Positions 35,401 through 46,369 of a DNA stretch of 64,000 bases are shown one piece after another (within the stretch, counting starts at the first letter, position 1; each line of letters begins with the position of its first letter). The stretch is from positions 5,704,001-5,768,000 of the forward strand of contig CM120642.1 of assembly GCA_051362555.1 (NCBI GenBank), read 5' to 3'. Under the pieces are notes generated by a model, which saw nothing but the letters and a program-made list of their open reading frames with translations, did not search any database and had not been told where the DNA came from. The translations under genes and the position numbers were made by a program. Source of the stretch: Lingula anatina (lineage: Eukaryota > Animalia > Brachiopoda).

Positions 35401-36494
35401 CTGAAGCAATTCCTTTGAAAACACAGGAAGCAAAAGAAATTGCAATGGCACTTTACCGTGATGTATTTACACGTTATGGTTGTCCGAAATATTTGATTTC
35501 AGATCGCGGAAAGAATTTCCTATCCTTGATAATTCAATCTTTATGCAAATTATTTCACATAAAACGGTATCATACAAGTGCATGGCATCCTCAAACAAAT
35601 GCCGTATGTGAGAGAACAAATTCTATTATTGCGCAAACGTTGAGAGCATACTGTGAGAAAGACCAAATGAATTGGCCTGATATATTACCTGGAGTAATGA
35701 TGGCATTGAGAATGACACCGTGTACACAATCTACTAAATATTCACCATATTATTTAGTTTTTGGAAAAGAAATGCGTACACCTTTAGATACAGATATCTT
35801 AGCTGAAGATAAACCTGTACAGAATATGCATCAATATATTAAAGAACTACAAGAAAATTTAGAGATAGCTAGGGAAATTGCCACGAAAAACAAAGAAACA
35901 GCACAGAGAGTTTATAAAAAGAATTATGATACAAAAACGAAGGTACCAACATTTAGAATAGGAGATAGAGTGTGGGTATACACACCTTTGACACCAAAAG
36001 GATTGAGTTCAAAATTGCATGTGAAATATAAAGGTCCTTATTACATAACAAAAGTGTTATCGACAGGTTATACATATATTCTGAGAGACTGCACAACTCA
36101 TAAAGAATTATCATCTCCTGTTCATGCAAATAGATTAAAACAGTACTATGACCCTAGAGATTATACACGCTATAGAAAAGTTAGTGAGAGCAAAAGCGAA
36201 GAAAATAAGATAACCCAAGAAGTGTTAGCAAAGGACAGTGAATCACAAAACGCATCGAATGATAAAGAGCAAGCCCAAACAAATGATGTGAATGAAGACG
36301 AATGGTATGAAGTTGAAAGGTTATTATGTTGTAAAAACATCAACAAGAAAAGACATTACAAAGTGAAATGGAAAAATTACAAAACGCCTACATGGGAACC
36401 AGAAGAAAATATATCAGATGCGTTAAAACGAGATTTTCACATAAACAGAACATTACAAGGTCAACGAAAAAGAAAGAAGAAAAGTAAAGAATAG
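32445..36494 (+). CDS. pol: Pol: protease, RT, RNase H, integrase, chromodomain; intact and in frame with gag behind a UGA
   Basis: LVDTGA; LDMAGAYWQ, LPFGL, YIDD; TDAS, ELECLA, FTDN, ADALSR; H-H-C-C, MDILGP, SDRG, NAVCER, KGPY; WYEVERLL...YKVKWKNY..PTWEPEENI. Confidence 0.97.
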   Translation, partial: LDYKKNEKENECVKFSNVENHQMHNLLSIKISKMHVDALVDTGAVISCVSEQFLSSINKKDSKFYKSSKIKEVSGINGSVQKVLGLIELPLCFGDVVINHEFCILRILPRKLIIGMDFLKKHNVKIDVGFDGFTLPEYNLELPLYNPPNIGFVRSIRKETIPAKSECLIPVKISHASCVNTALLEPVNQLACKRNILGSKCLVTVDKNRSCYQILNPTDENIILPSKTVLAKACSVEAHSVSVLEEIGTQNENKDQNISKEIALKNTEELRIDIINSNLNENQKEQLRLLIGRNRDVFAKDMSELGTASRYEHYIQTENDIPIKQTFYRTSPKLKEEIVRQVDEMLKHGIIEESMSAYSSPVVLVKKKTNEYRFAIDYRKLNKVTVPMHWPLPRLEDVFDAIGSAKPEYFSSLDMAGAYWQLKLDPKTKHKTAFITHHGHFQFLKLPFGLRNAGVSLQALMNDLFKDMNWKNVLIYIDDILVMSKTFEDHLNHLDLVFKKLREANLKLKPSKCKFATQEVEFLGHVIRKDGIKPDNKKLEAVKSFPVPKSTKDVRSYLGLCNFYRRFIKDFSKITEPLNKLLRTNVQFEWNQECQSAFQQLKDLLVSPPILVYPDMTKEFILTTDASIKAIGFILGQKDENNRERVIAYGGRSLNNAEKNYSIHELECLAVVEGIKQFESYLANNHFKVFTDNKAITWLQTLKHSTGRLIRWALKLQGLDFEIEHRAGKTNPADALSRREYDEDNCLRNKDGVHVVDDISKQKCQNSGLVQARLYVATETENVNKQNENGNSQIFAIDVEIENEKDRLKQQQQECPDFSDIINYLEHSELPNDLKQMRKIIAESEQYVMIDGILYHLYQPRTKGKTENLRIIKQLAVPTDLRCDILYEYHDSLAAGAHQGCDRTFASIRNKYFWKAMFRDVQEYVKSCETCQKVKKLRKDAPAPLNPLPITNVFERLHMDILGPLTKSEEGYKYILLVSCAFSNFSEAIPLKTQEAKEIAMALYRDVFTRYGCPKYLISDRGKNFLSLIIQSLCKLFHIKRYHTSAWHPQTNAVCERTNSIIAQTLRAYCEKDQMNWPDILPGVMMALRMTPCTQSTKYSPYYLVFGKEMRTPLDTDILAEDKPVQNMHQYIKELQENLEIAREIATKNKETAQRVYKKNYDTKTKVPTFRIGDRVWVYTPLTPKGLSSKLHVKYKGPYYITKVLSTGYTYILRDCTTHKELSSPVHANRLKQYYDPRDYTRYRKVSESKSEENKITQEVLAKDSESQNASNDKEQAQTNDVNEDEWYEVERLLCCKNINKKRHYKVKWKNYKTPTWEPEENISDALKRDFHINRTLQGQRKRKKKSKE

Positions 36495-36726
36495 TTAGTA
36501 AATATAGAAAAGAATGTATGATTAATAGACGAAATTTTATTTAAATCTCATTAAAGTTAATTGAGAAGAAAAATTTAGGGATAATTTAGATATGATTAAC
36601 TAAGGCTATGCGCAAACTTTCACCTACTTTCTCTTACTATCAAATATTTCTTATCTTTCTCTAGATGAGCCACGGTTGACCAATTTCTGCATATTCCCTA
36701 AAATCCTGAACTTTAATGGACTGGTT

Positions 36727-39070
36727 ATGAAGATTCTCATCACCATTTGTATGTTGACAGTTACAGTGAGTGTAGCAGAACAGCGTATTAATTATGGTGT
36801 AGAATTTAAACCAATTACTAGAATGATTACCGGAGTTGGATATTGGAAACATACATTCAAGTTAGATTTACCTAGATTGCATGAAGTAGAGAATATTAAG
36901 TCACCTTGTCCTAATCAAGAGTATATGTATTGTTATTATTACATTCACAAGGGCCTAGAAACCTTGATGTCAATGAAAAGTCAGACGGTACACGATTTAA
37001 ACATCACTTTAAATGCAATATATGATATGTTACCTGATATTGAAATGAAAGATCAGTCCCGTTCTCAAAGATCATTGTTACCATTGGGAAATTTCTTTAA
37101 AAATTTGTTTGGAGTATCAAGTGAATCAGATGTAGATGAACTACGTAAATATGTTAAGCTGTTTATAAAAACAAACGAAAAAAGGTTCGAAGTACAAGGA
37201 CACGAATTATCCTCGTTTATGCACAACGTAGACCACAGAATGGAAAACATGAAAAAGGCCGTTGTTCGTAATTATAATTTATCAAAACAATTACGTTCAC
37301 AATTACAGCAAAGTGATACGGCAAGGAGTATTGTATTCCATTTATCAAGAATATTTATGCATGAAAATATGGCAAATTCTCAATTAATGTTTGCGTTTAA
37401 CAACGTATTGTTAGGATGTTTACAGTTGACAAAAGGGCAATTATCGCCATTGTTGGTTTCCCAAGAGCATTTAAAACAGATCATTAATCAAATTGAAAAG
37501 GAAGCACAGAAAACGATCAATCCGCTACATGTTATTTATTCAAATCCTAAATATTATTTCAAGGAAGGACAGTTTACATATGGAAAACACAAAAATTCAT
37601 TATTCATTAACCTACAAATTCCTATTTCTGATTATCCCCATACATTAGATGTTTATGAAGTAAAAACATTCCCCGTTCCTTTAAATCAATCTACAAACCA
37701 CGCTTCACAAATACTGGATCTACCAAAATATTTTGCTATTTCGCACGATAAACAACATTATTTTCCCATGAATAATCCTACCTGGAAGAAATGTCATGGA
37801 GATCATGTCAAATTATGTCCTTTCGTGTATCCTTTCAGGACTGCGACGCATTTCTCCTGTGTTACAGCATTATTTTTTGACTTGTCAAACGTTATTACTG
37901 AAACTTGTAATTTCTGTTTTCTGCATAATGTCGTTCAACCCAACGTGCGCGAATTATCAATAGGAAAATTGTTGTTATATAATATCACTGATATAACAAT
38001 GGAGTGCCCTACAAGTACTACTTCCCAACCAGGCTGTCAATATTGTGTGATACATTACTCATGTTTTTGCGGTTTAACCTTAGATAGTTTTTATTTGCCT
38101 CCGCGTGTTTATGATTGCAAGAATGATACATCAATTACAAAATTACACCCTGTTAATCTTGGTTTACTGCAATATTTTTATTCCAACAAAGAAATATCAC
38201 AAATAGGAAGTAATGATTTCTTTTCTCAACCCCTTGATACTAATTATTCCAGATTACACATGTACCAACAAGATTTTTCGAAATTTTTAGCGCAGGATAT
38301 GAAAGATCATTTGAATTTAAGAAAACTAGCTCAAGCAGCAAAACACAATGAAAGAATGTATTCTTCAATGGCAGATGCTATTGCAGCAAATGAGATTTTG
38401 CTTCCATCAAATTCAAAACAATCTTTAGTTTGGATTTCCTTAGCAGTTTCGAGTGCGATTATGCTCGTTGTGATCTATTTATGTATCAAGATTCGCATTT
38501 TAACGTTAACAGTGATGACCCTTAAAAATGTTAATACAGGTGAAGCAATGCCAACTGTACCAACATGGATATTGGGCACAACTACAAAAATTAATTATGA
38601 AGTACAAACAACTTGTGATGATCCATATTCCTTCATAACATTTCTAATTGCATGTGTTTGTTTAATTTTGGCTATAGTTTGGATACGAGATAAAATTATT
38701 AAGAAATTATGCATCTTCCACAAGGCACTTCTTATTTTAGAAATTGCCAATGACCAACGATGCATTACTATTCCTATTATTCAGCTGAATGGAAGTCCTC
38801 ATTCCTGGCATTTTCATATGACGCAGATCTCTGATATTTTACAAATTGAAGGTAAAATTAGATCAAATTTATTGATTGATAACAAACTACGTAACTGGTC
38901 AGACAATACAACTACCAGCACGTGTTCCGATTTCGTTTATAAAAGCAATACAATTAAACAAAATTATTGATCGCGAATTTTACAAATTTTTAGCCATTAA
39001 ACATGCTGGAATGTTATCCTACATTCGATATTGTCCACTAACGTGCACCGGATCGAACTTAGAATCTTAA
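36727..39070 (+). CDS. env: Env-like class I (F-type) fusion glycoprotein, with an apparent frameshift near 38880 in the distal tail
   Basis: Signal peptide MKILITICMLTVTVSVA; RSQR basic site followed by fusion-peptide-like SLLPLGNFFKNLFG; heptad region; Cys-rich region; N-glycosylation sequons; TM SLVWISLAVSSAIMLVVIYLCI. ORF 38876-39070 appears to continue the tail. Confidence 0.88.
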
Positions 39071-40474
39071 ATATAACTTGATATTTTCAAACCATCCAAT
39101 TTTAAAAGAACGGCATAGTAAAATTACGGAGCATAGCAATTGCATTCATGATGTGTGTACGACAGTTTGTATTTAGAAATATTATTTATGTTAAATGTGT
39201 TTATGTGTATGGAATGTACCAATAATTAATAAATTCAGATGGACATACCTGTATGACATTGGAATGAAATGAACTGATTTTACATGAAATGTAATGAACT
39301 CTGTTCCAGAGACAAAATGTTGGAACAAATGAACATTGACTTTTAATGTATATACATATACGTATATTATATTATTAATATTGTCACAATGAATTATTCA
39401 GTGAATGAATATGACATAATTTCATATTTAATTGACATTTATGAATGATTTATAATGGAAATATTAGTGGAGATGTCCAATTGGATATTAGTGAATATAC
39501 AGGAAACTGTGGACATTTATTCACAAGAATAGTCACAAACACGGACTATACGTTTATTTTGTTGTAAATGATGCAGAATAAACATTATTTTCATTGAATT
39601 AACTTTAATTTCATTATTAAAATTATAAAACATTATATCCTTGACAAATGGTTAATGATTTAAATGTTATTGACATATTGCGTAATATGTTAAGAATTAC
39701 TATTAAATAATATACATGTAAATATATTGTTGTTATCTTAGACGTTATACACTTTATAACGATATATTATTAACAGTAGACTAAATTGCATGCAAATTAA
39801 TGTATTGGAACTAATTTCTATTTTAGAAAGCAAGATGACATGGAACAACAAATATAAATTTTTAAAGCAATTATTGTTTTTGAATATCAATAAATTGTGG
39901 ATGTACGTAAATGTATTATAGATAGTGGTTATTCACAACCATAAAGGAAAACACTACAGTATGGATGATAGTAACAAACGAAATGCAGATTTTCACCACG
40001 GACAATGTGCTGGTCACAATGTTGGTGATGATGGCTGTATATTCGAAAAGGAGTCATGACCCTATAATCCAACGTAGTGTATTTAAGAAGATATGATAAA
40101 ATGTGTCAGAGCCATAATAAGAGAATTACATGTTAAAGTTACACAAAATTATTAATAAAGTTCAGCATGTGTATTCTTGGGCCGCACATTAAAGACAATA
40201 AAGGAAAATACATTACGCATCCACGCGTATCGCAAAATTTGATCATTATTATTTATCCTTTCTAATATATTCATTGTTTCATGTCAACTATAGAACTATA
40301 TATATCTATATTATACCATATTATTAAGTCTAATGACAGTATTTTAAACTTTTTGAATAGTTTTTTTTTAGTTATGCAATGCTTGTGCTTCTACATTCAA
40401 TAAAATAGAGAGAATGTATATCGTAATAAAAAAAAAGGGAATTCGAGGACGAATTTATTTGAAGAGAGGGTGTA

Positions 40475-41007
40475 TATCGTAATGAAAATGATTAAAAGTA
40501 CAGATACAAAGTTGTGATCGTAATGAATACATTGTACCTTTCATAATTGATACAATATACATTTGTTAAGAGGTTAAACAGTGTAAGTAAGAGAGTTAAA
40601 GAGTGCATGTGTTGTTCAATAATAAAAAAAGAATAAGGGAGTATAGTTATCATTCCTTCAGGATGATACAATGAAAAATCCGTATTAATAGAAATGGCGA
40701 CCTAAGGTCAAGTAACATACCATTGCCTAATAAGAGAATGATTATATTTTGGTAATGACGTAATGATGGAAAGTTATGGAAAAAGGGATAATCATAGACA
40801 TTGTGTAAGAGCTGAGGAATTATTACATTACCAAATAAGGTAATGTAGGAGAAAGACTTTATGATACATCATGACATTGGAATGATGATCTATAGGATAA
40901 AAGGGAATACATTGTAACTGTAAAATAAGAATATACGAATAAATCTTTTAGGCCCCCAAAAGATGTATGTTCTTCATTTATAGTACTGGCGAAATATCGG
41001 TACTATA
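40475..41007 (+). repeat. 3' LTR (533 bp)
   Basis: Near-identical to 30174-30706 and followed by the GCAA TSD. Confidence 0.97.
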
Positions 41008-42047
41008 GCAATATTGTGTTATTTTGTTAATAAACCAGGAACATGTACATTCATGTTCATAAAAAAGGGATGCCAATAAAGTATTTTAACATCTAACAGT
41101 GAATGTATTCAATGTGTATACAAATAAAAAAGATCATACAAATACTCTGCCCTGCCAGAAATGTTTATGGGCCACATTTGAAAATAAAAATACATGATTT
41201 ACATGCACCTTTCTTCTATATACCTTATACATGCACTTCAAGAATTTATATATGTATATGTTATACATTTGACGTGCAACTCAATGACTGTTTGCACTTG
41301 AAAGTGAATAAAGAAATATAGTGAATTTAGATTAATTTATACTTGAAGGAATGTGGGCTGCTAATTTTGTTGCCTACAGTGTTGGGTAACTGCTGGGACC
41401 ACTTCAATTGACGTAAATAAAAACCCAATTCAAATAAACAATGCTTTGCTTCTCTGTCATGTACTGGTACCTATGTACATCATGTAAATATCAGATATGT
41501 ACGTGTTGAATGTTCATGAGTAGTATAAGTATGTCGTTTTCGACCTGCATTTTCGCCAGGGGGTATATACTTTCAATGTAATTTTTTTAGTGAACCTTGG
41601 AGCTTTTAAGGGGGAGTATACTTTCAGTGCAATTTCTTAGTGACCCCTGAAGCAGAAAGGAGGCTTTGCAAGCGAATTTTTAATGACAATCATTTTAGTG
41701 TAAATGAGGGACGAGCAAATTTCAAATACGATTCAATAAAACCTAGAAGGTTTTTTGTTAAATAATTGTATAGCGGGCAAAGAAGCGTAAAGGAGGTTTT
41801 TCTAATGTAATTGTATAGCGAACAAAGAAGCGTAAAGGTGGGGTTTGAATGTTTATTTTTAGCTAGATATAATTTCAGGAGTTATTGGAAAAAAGTTTTT
41901 TGGATTATTTATTTATTGAAAGGGCAATTTGGAACCTTTTTTTTTTCTAGAAATGCGTTTGGTGCGCAAGCACGCGTATATTTTATCTACTTGAAAAGGA
42001 AAAAATAAACACCGCAGCGTCTTGTATACATATTTTATTTAAATACA

Positions 42048-45000
42048 CTAGATATCTAAGGGTTCAGTAGATACTCCGTCTTCTAGCACTTTCCTTTTAC
42101 AATAAAAATAACTAAAGGCGTCTCTGTGTTGAAGGTACGAATACATAGTTTTGTTAAATAAACGTATCCCTCTATTGACGCCACTGCCGCTTTGTTTATT
42201 TAAAAATACGTCTAAATACTTATTTTTATCTATGCTATTACAATTTCTATTGACCCCTTTGCAGCTAAACTTCGGGCTGGTGTTTTCCCCGAAACAGCTT
42301 AGTACGTCTTACTGCAGAGACCGACGATACCGTCACCGACCCACTCAGCTTTGAACAACCCGGGCGTGCGTTTGTCGTAGGCTTCGTGTTCTGGGGTATC
42401 AGTACGCGGAAACCACAGATGTTTCTCGGCTTCGTACTGCGCTCTCATGTGAGGTTTTATTACGTCTTCTAAGCTATCCGCCGAGAAGACGATGTACGCG
42501 GAATCCGTGTCCATTTCGCAATATTGGAACTTGGACGGATCCACGAATTTCAGCATGAAGTCGTAGTAAAACTCTAACATGCGTAGCTTGGCGTATTGAT
42601 ACACCATCACGCCTATCTGAAGAGGAAGGTCGAATTTGATGATTTTTTTTGTTTAGTTCGACCTCGTACGCGTTTTCGCAAATTTTATCTAAACGCCGAA
42701 AACGGTGACTGTTAACTTTTTGTGAGGCTTTTGCCTCGCCGCAATATTGCACATCTCGGTGCCTTCTCGGTGCCGAGTTGCCGATCAGCTTCATGGTGTC
42801 GACGACGATGGCTTTGGTCTTGTCCCTGTCTCCCTCCCTGCGAGCGCCACTCACGGAGTTTCCGAAATGCTCGAAACATGCTTTCGGGGTGTACTCGACT
42901 ACCTGGTGGATGCGCGTCACGCGAAGACCGTGGTTTAGGTACCATTTCAAAAGCGGTGTTGCCAAAACGATTTTTTCGCCGAAAAAACTCCCGATCAACG
43001 AACGTCTCGGGACACTCATGATGCGGTTTTCTTCAGCGAAACGCTTCATGAAAGGACCGATGTCGTGGCAAAATGGGTGAAAAATGGGGTGGCATTTCGG
43101 AAAATTTTGGTCTAAGTTCGGGCGGGACTTCTACGTCGCACTCGACGAATCCAAACAGATTATCATTGCGAATTGCGTCTAGGATCTCGCCGAACGTGAG
43201 CCGATATTTGTGCTCTGTGGTAAGCGTGTATTGTGTCACGAAATGCTTCACTTCCTCGCTTTCGCGTTGAAGTTTTTTCCACTCGCATTCCCACATTTCG
43301 ACGAGATCGTAGCCGCATTCCCGAATGTACTCGCTATTAATTTCAGTTTCGATGCGTAAAGATTCCATAGTGAGCTTTTTCGTGTCATTTATTTCTTTGT
43401 AGGTGCCATCTTTGTTTCGGTTTAAATGGCACCGATGACCGTGAAAATAACACCCGTGGTACTGATACACGGCCTGCGTCTCTCGACAAAACCCATCCAC
43501 CGGTAGCTGACGGTACCCGACGCGCTTTTCCGTACCGTTGAACTGATGCCGAATGTGAATATTGCTCGAATGAGCGACCCAGTCTAACCACATCGTGGCC
43601 TCATGACCTCGCGGGTGAGAATATTCACGCGTATACTCGGACTCTTCACGTCTGCGTATAAACGTGCCCGTTGGCATGGGTTGCATCAAACACCACAGAT
43701 ACAGGGCATTAGCGTCGTAACCTACGATCTTTTTGCACAGCTTGGGAGCTTCAGATGTCGCCTTTCGAATTAAGGTCTTATTCCTCTCGTGGTAGCGATG
43801 AAAGATGATGCTGGGACCGCCTTCGATAGCGTTTTTTAGAAGGTAGTAAAGATCGCTGTGCTTGTCGTCGAAGAGAGTGAAAAATGCGTCTCCTACATTT
43901 TGAAACAGGTATTTCAATGTCAAACCTGGTACACTAATACCATCTTTAAACAAATCAATACCCCTCTCAAGGTAGAAGGCGAATATTTTATCAACTGCTT
44001 CCAACATTGGCTCAACGTCTTTGTTGTTATACCGCTCGAGGAAGTCGCGCATTGTTTGCATGTGGTTTTCATATCAAACGCGTTGACACAATGCGTAACC
44101 CTCCTCATATTACTTTGTTTTAATTTCGAGTAAAACGCTTCGCTTGGAGGGAGACTTGCACACTCGAGTTTGTCCAAAGAGTCCATCCACTCGTAAGGGA
44201 AGAACCCCTTGGACTCGGCACACTCGAAAGCTTTTAAAAACTGACTATAGCTGCATCCGGGAGCCAAATAGTTGCAGACGTCTAAGATTTTTAGGCGTTC
44301 CGATTTTAACACCATGAAATTGTTGCGTTTTACGACAAATCTCAAGGTGTCCAACAACAACGGAAAAAACAGCGTTTTCATGGCGTTAAGGTCGTAATGC
44401 CCACTGTTGAAACCTGATACGGGTAATTCCATTAAATATTGACTAAATCTACGGCTAAGTTTTGATAAGTAATGTTTTTTTGTTAAGGTTTCTTCACTTC
44501 TTCCATGACTTCACCTTCTTGTATCGTTTTTTGAATGTTTTGTTCTATTCTTTCGTTAAGTTTTTCGAAGATCCAGGCAAACTTGTTGGTTAGAAGTTTT
44601 TCAGCCGCGCGGCTTATATTCTGCAATATTTCTAGGAACTGCTGCACGGCTAGCGCGGGATTGTCCTCGGATACGACGCATTCCGGCTTCGTGTGACCAG
44701 GCACGTTGCTGCACACGCTGACGCTGAGGAAACGATGTTCGTGTTCTAAGCTCAGCTTTTCGCTGTGCTGCGGCTCCTCCGTACGGGGTAGCAGACACTC
44801 GATATCGAACGTCGCCCGATATCGATAGTACCTGTCTTCCTCGGGGACGAAAATGCCCTCGTCTTCGAGGAGGTCGAATACGGTGGGCTGGGGAGCGTAC
44901 GCCTTGCCGGAAAAACGGTGCTCTACGAGGACGTCGCAGGTCCGTTCGTGACGACTGAGCATGTGTTTGCTTTTGAACATTTTGCTGCACCTCGAACAGC

Positions 45001-46182
45001 AAAACGAGTGGCAGTATTTGCCCACGTCGTTGATGTACGAAAAATGATTTTCGTGCACGTTCAGCGACATGGTGTCGTTGTACTTGCCAGTCGAACGACG
45101 AACGAGTTCTGCAAACACGTCCCCGTCTTCGTTTTGCTGCAGTTCGTATACGACGATGTTTACCTCGAAGAGGGCTTCCACCTTGTGCAGTCGATGGAGC
45201 GCCACGCCTTGGAAACCTTTGCGTTTGCATTTTCTTTTGTACTTATCAAACAGTTTTATCAAACCCTGTACTTATCAAACAGTTTCTTCGTTGTTGTTTC
45301 CAGTCCTCTGACGGATGAACCTTTGTGCAAGGCGAAGCACCGAAAGAGGCAGAGATTGTCGCCGTACGTTTTTCCTCGGTTGTTTTTTTGCAGGGCAACC
45401 AGACCCCTGTTGTTTAGCACGAAGGAAGGCAGGTCGATCCCGCACCCGATGGGGTGACCCTTTAACTTCGTCACGTAAAACGTGGCGTTGGTGACCGTGT
45501 CTACCACCCACTTCGAATTTGGCCGCTCCTGTCGAGCACATTCTAAGACATCTCTGGCGGTAATGTTGTGGAAGAAACCGTCGAGATCCTGGCGGTGGCG
45601 GATCACAGCGGGCGCTTCTAAGAAGCAATGGTTGTTGCTGCTGGGGTGGTAGTACCTCAACTGCCCGGTCTCGTTGTTTCTTAGGAAAAAACCGTACGAT
45701 ACGTTGATCTTGAACGCCGTGCGTTGATCTTCCAAGATCTGCTCCAGGTCGTCTCGAAGGGCATCGGGTTGAAGGGTGGTCAATCTAATATTGTACCAGT
45801 TTTGGAGTTTGTTACCCCTCGAGAATCTGGTCCGTATGCTGTTCCAATGGCTTCCGTACGCTTCGGCGACCGATGGGTCGACGTCCGGGGGTAGAAGATT
45901 GTCGGGCATGACAACGCGGTCGGCGGCTCCCGACCCCCTTTGAACCCTGGGTCTTTTAACCGTCGAAGAGGCCTCTGGTTCTTCGCTCGAACTCGTCGAG
46001 GTTCCCTGGTCTCGCAGTTGATGGAGGCGTCGATGGCTATTCATATTATCTCGACGAGCAAAAGTCTTCCCGCATTCGGGGCACGCTACATTTTTTTCCT
46101 TCGTGTGCGTGAGCCGGTGTCGTTTAAGGTGATCAACGCGATTGAATGATGCGCCGCACACTTCGCATTTGTACTGTGCCAT
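42048..46182 (-). pseudogene. Protein-primed DNA polymerase B (Polinton) with N-terminal C2H2 fingers; frameshifted and partly deleted
   Basis: TFDIEC (ExoI), GFNSGHYD (ExoII), KGFFPYE, YNNKDV (ExoIII), GGPS, YDANALY (A), KLIGNSA (B), EMDTDS (C), TPGLFK, CKG, STEPLDI*. Vsr-like insert VDGFC..YQYHGCYFHGH. Several frameshifts and stops. Confidence 0.93.
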
Positions 46183-46369
46183 GGTCGCTGTCGAACTGAA
46201 ATGAGAATTAAATGTAGACCGTTATGAAATTCATGAAAATATAACGTGGTTGGTTGAAATGACACACGGTGTTTTGTATATGATTGGTTGATACCGCAAT
46301 TTGATTGGTCAGCACTGTTTTTATTGGCTAACGAAAAGAGTATTAAAATAAAAGTTACAATTCTACCAT

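Larger units (their letters stand above)
30174..41007 (+). mobile_element. Full-length env-encoding Ty3/gypsy LTR retroelement (10,834 bp)
   Basis: Two 533-bp LTRs, 4-bp TSD GCAA (30170-73, 41008-11), PBS-like TGGTGGA at 30709, purine tract GAAGAGAGGG before the 3' LTR, gag-pol-env gene order. Confidence 0.97.

Noticed and set aside
40471-40474. TGTA just before the 3' LTR as a canonical TG start
   Set aside because: Not present at the 5' LTR, where GCAA (the TSD) occupies these positions, so it is internal sequence next to the PPT.
42712-46149. Many overlapping alternative-frame ORFs (e.g. 44601-45230, 44918-45457)
   Set aside because: Expected by-products of GC-rich Polinton coding sequence; no motifs.
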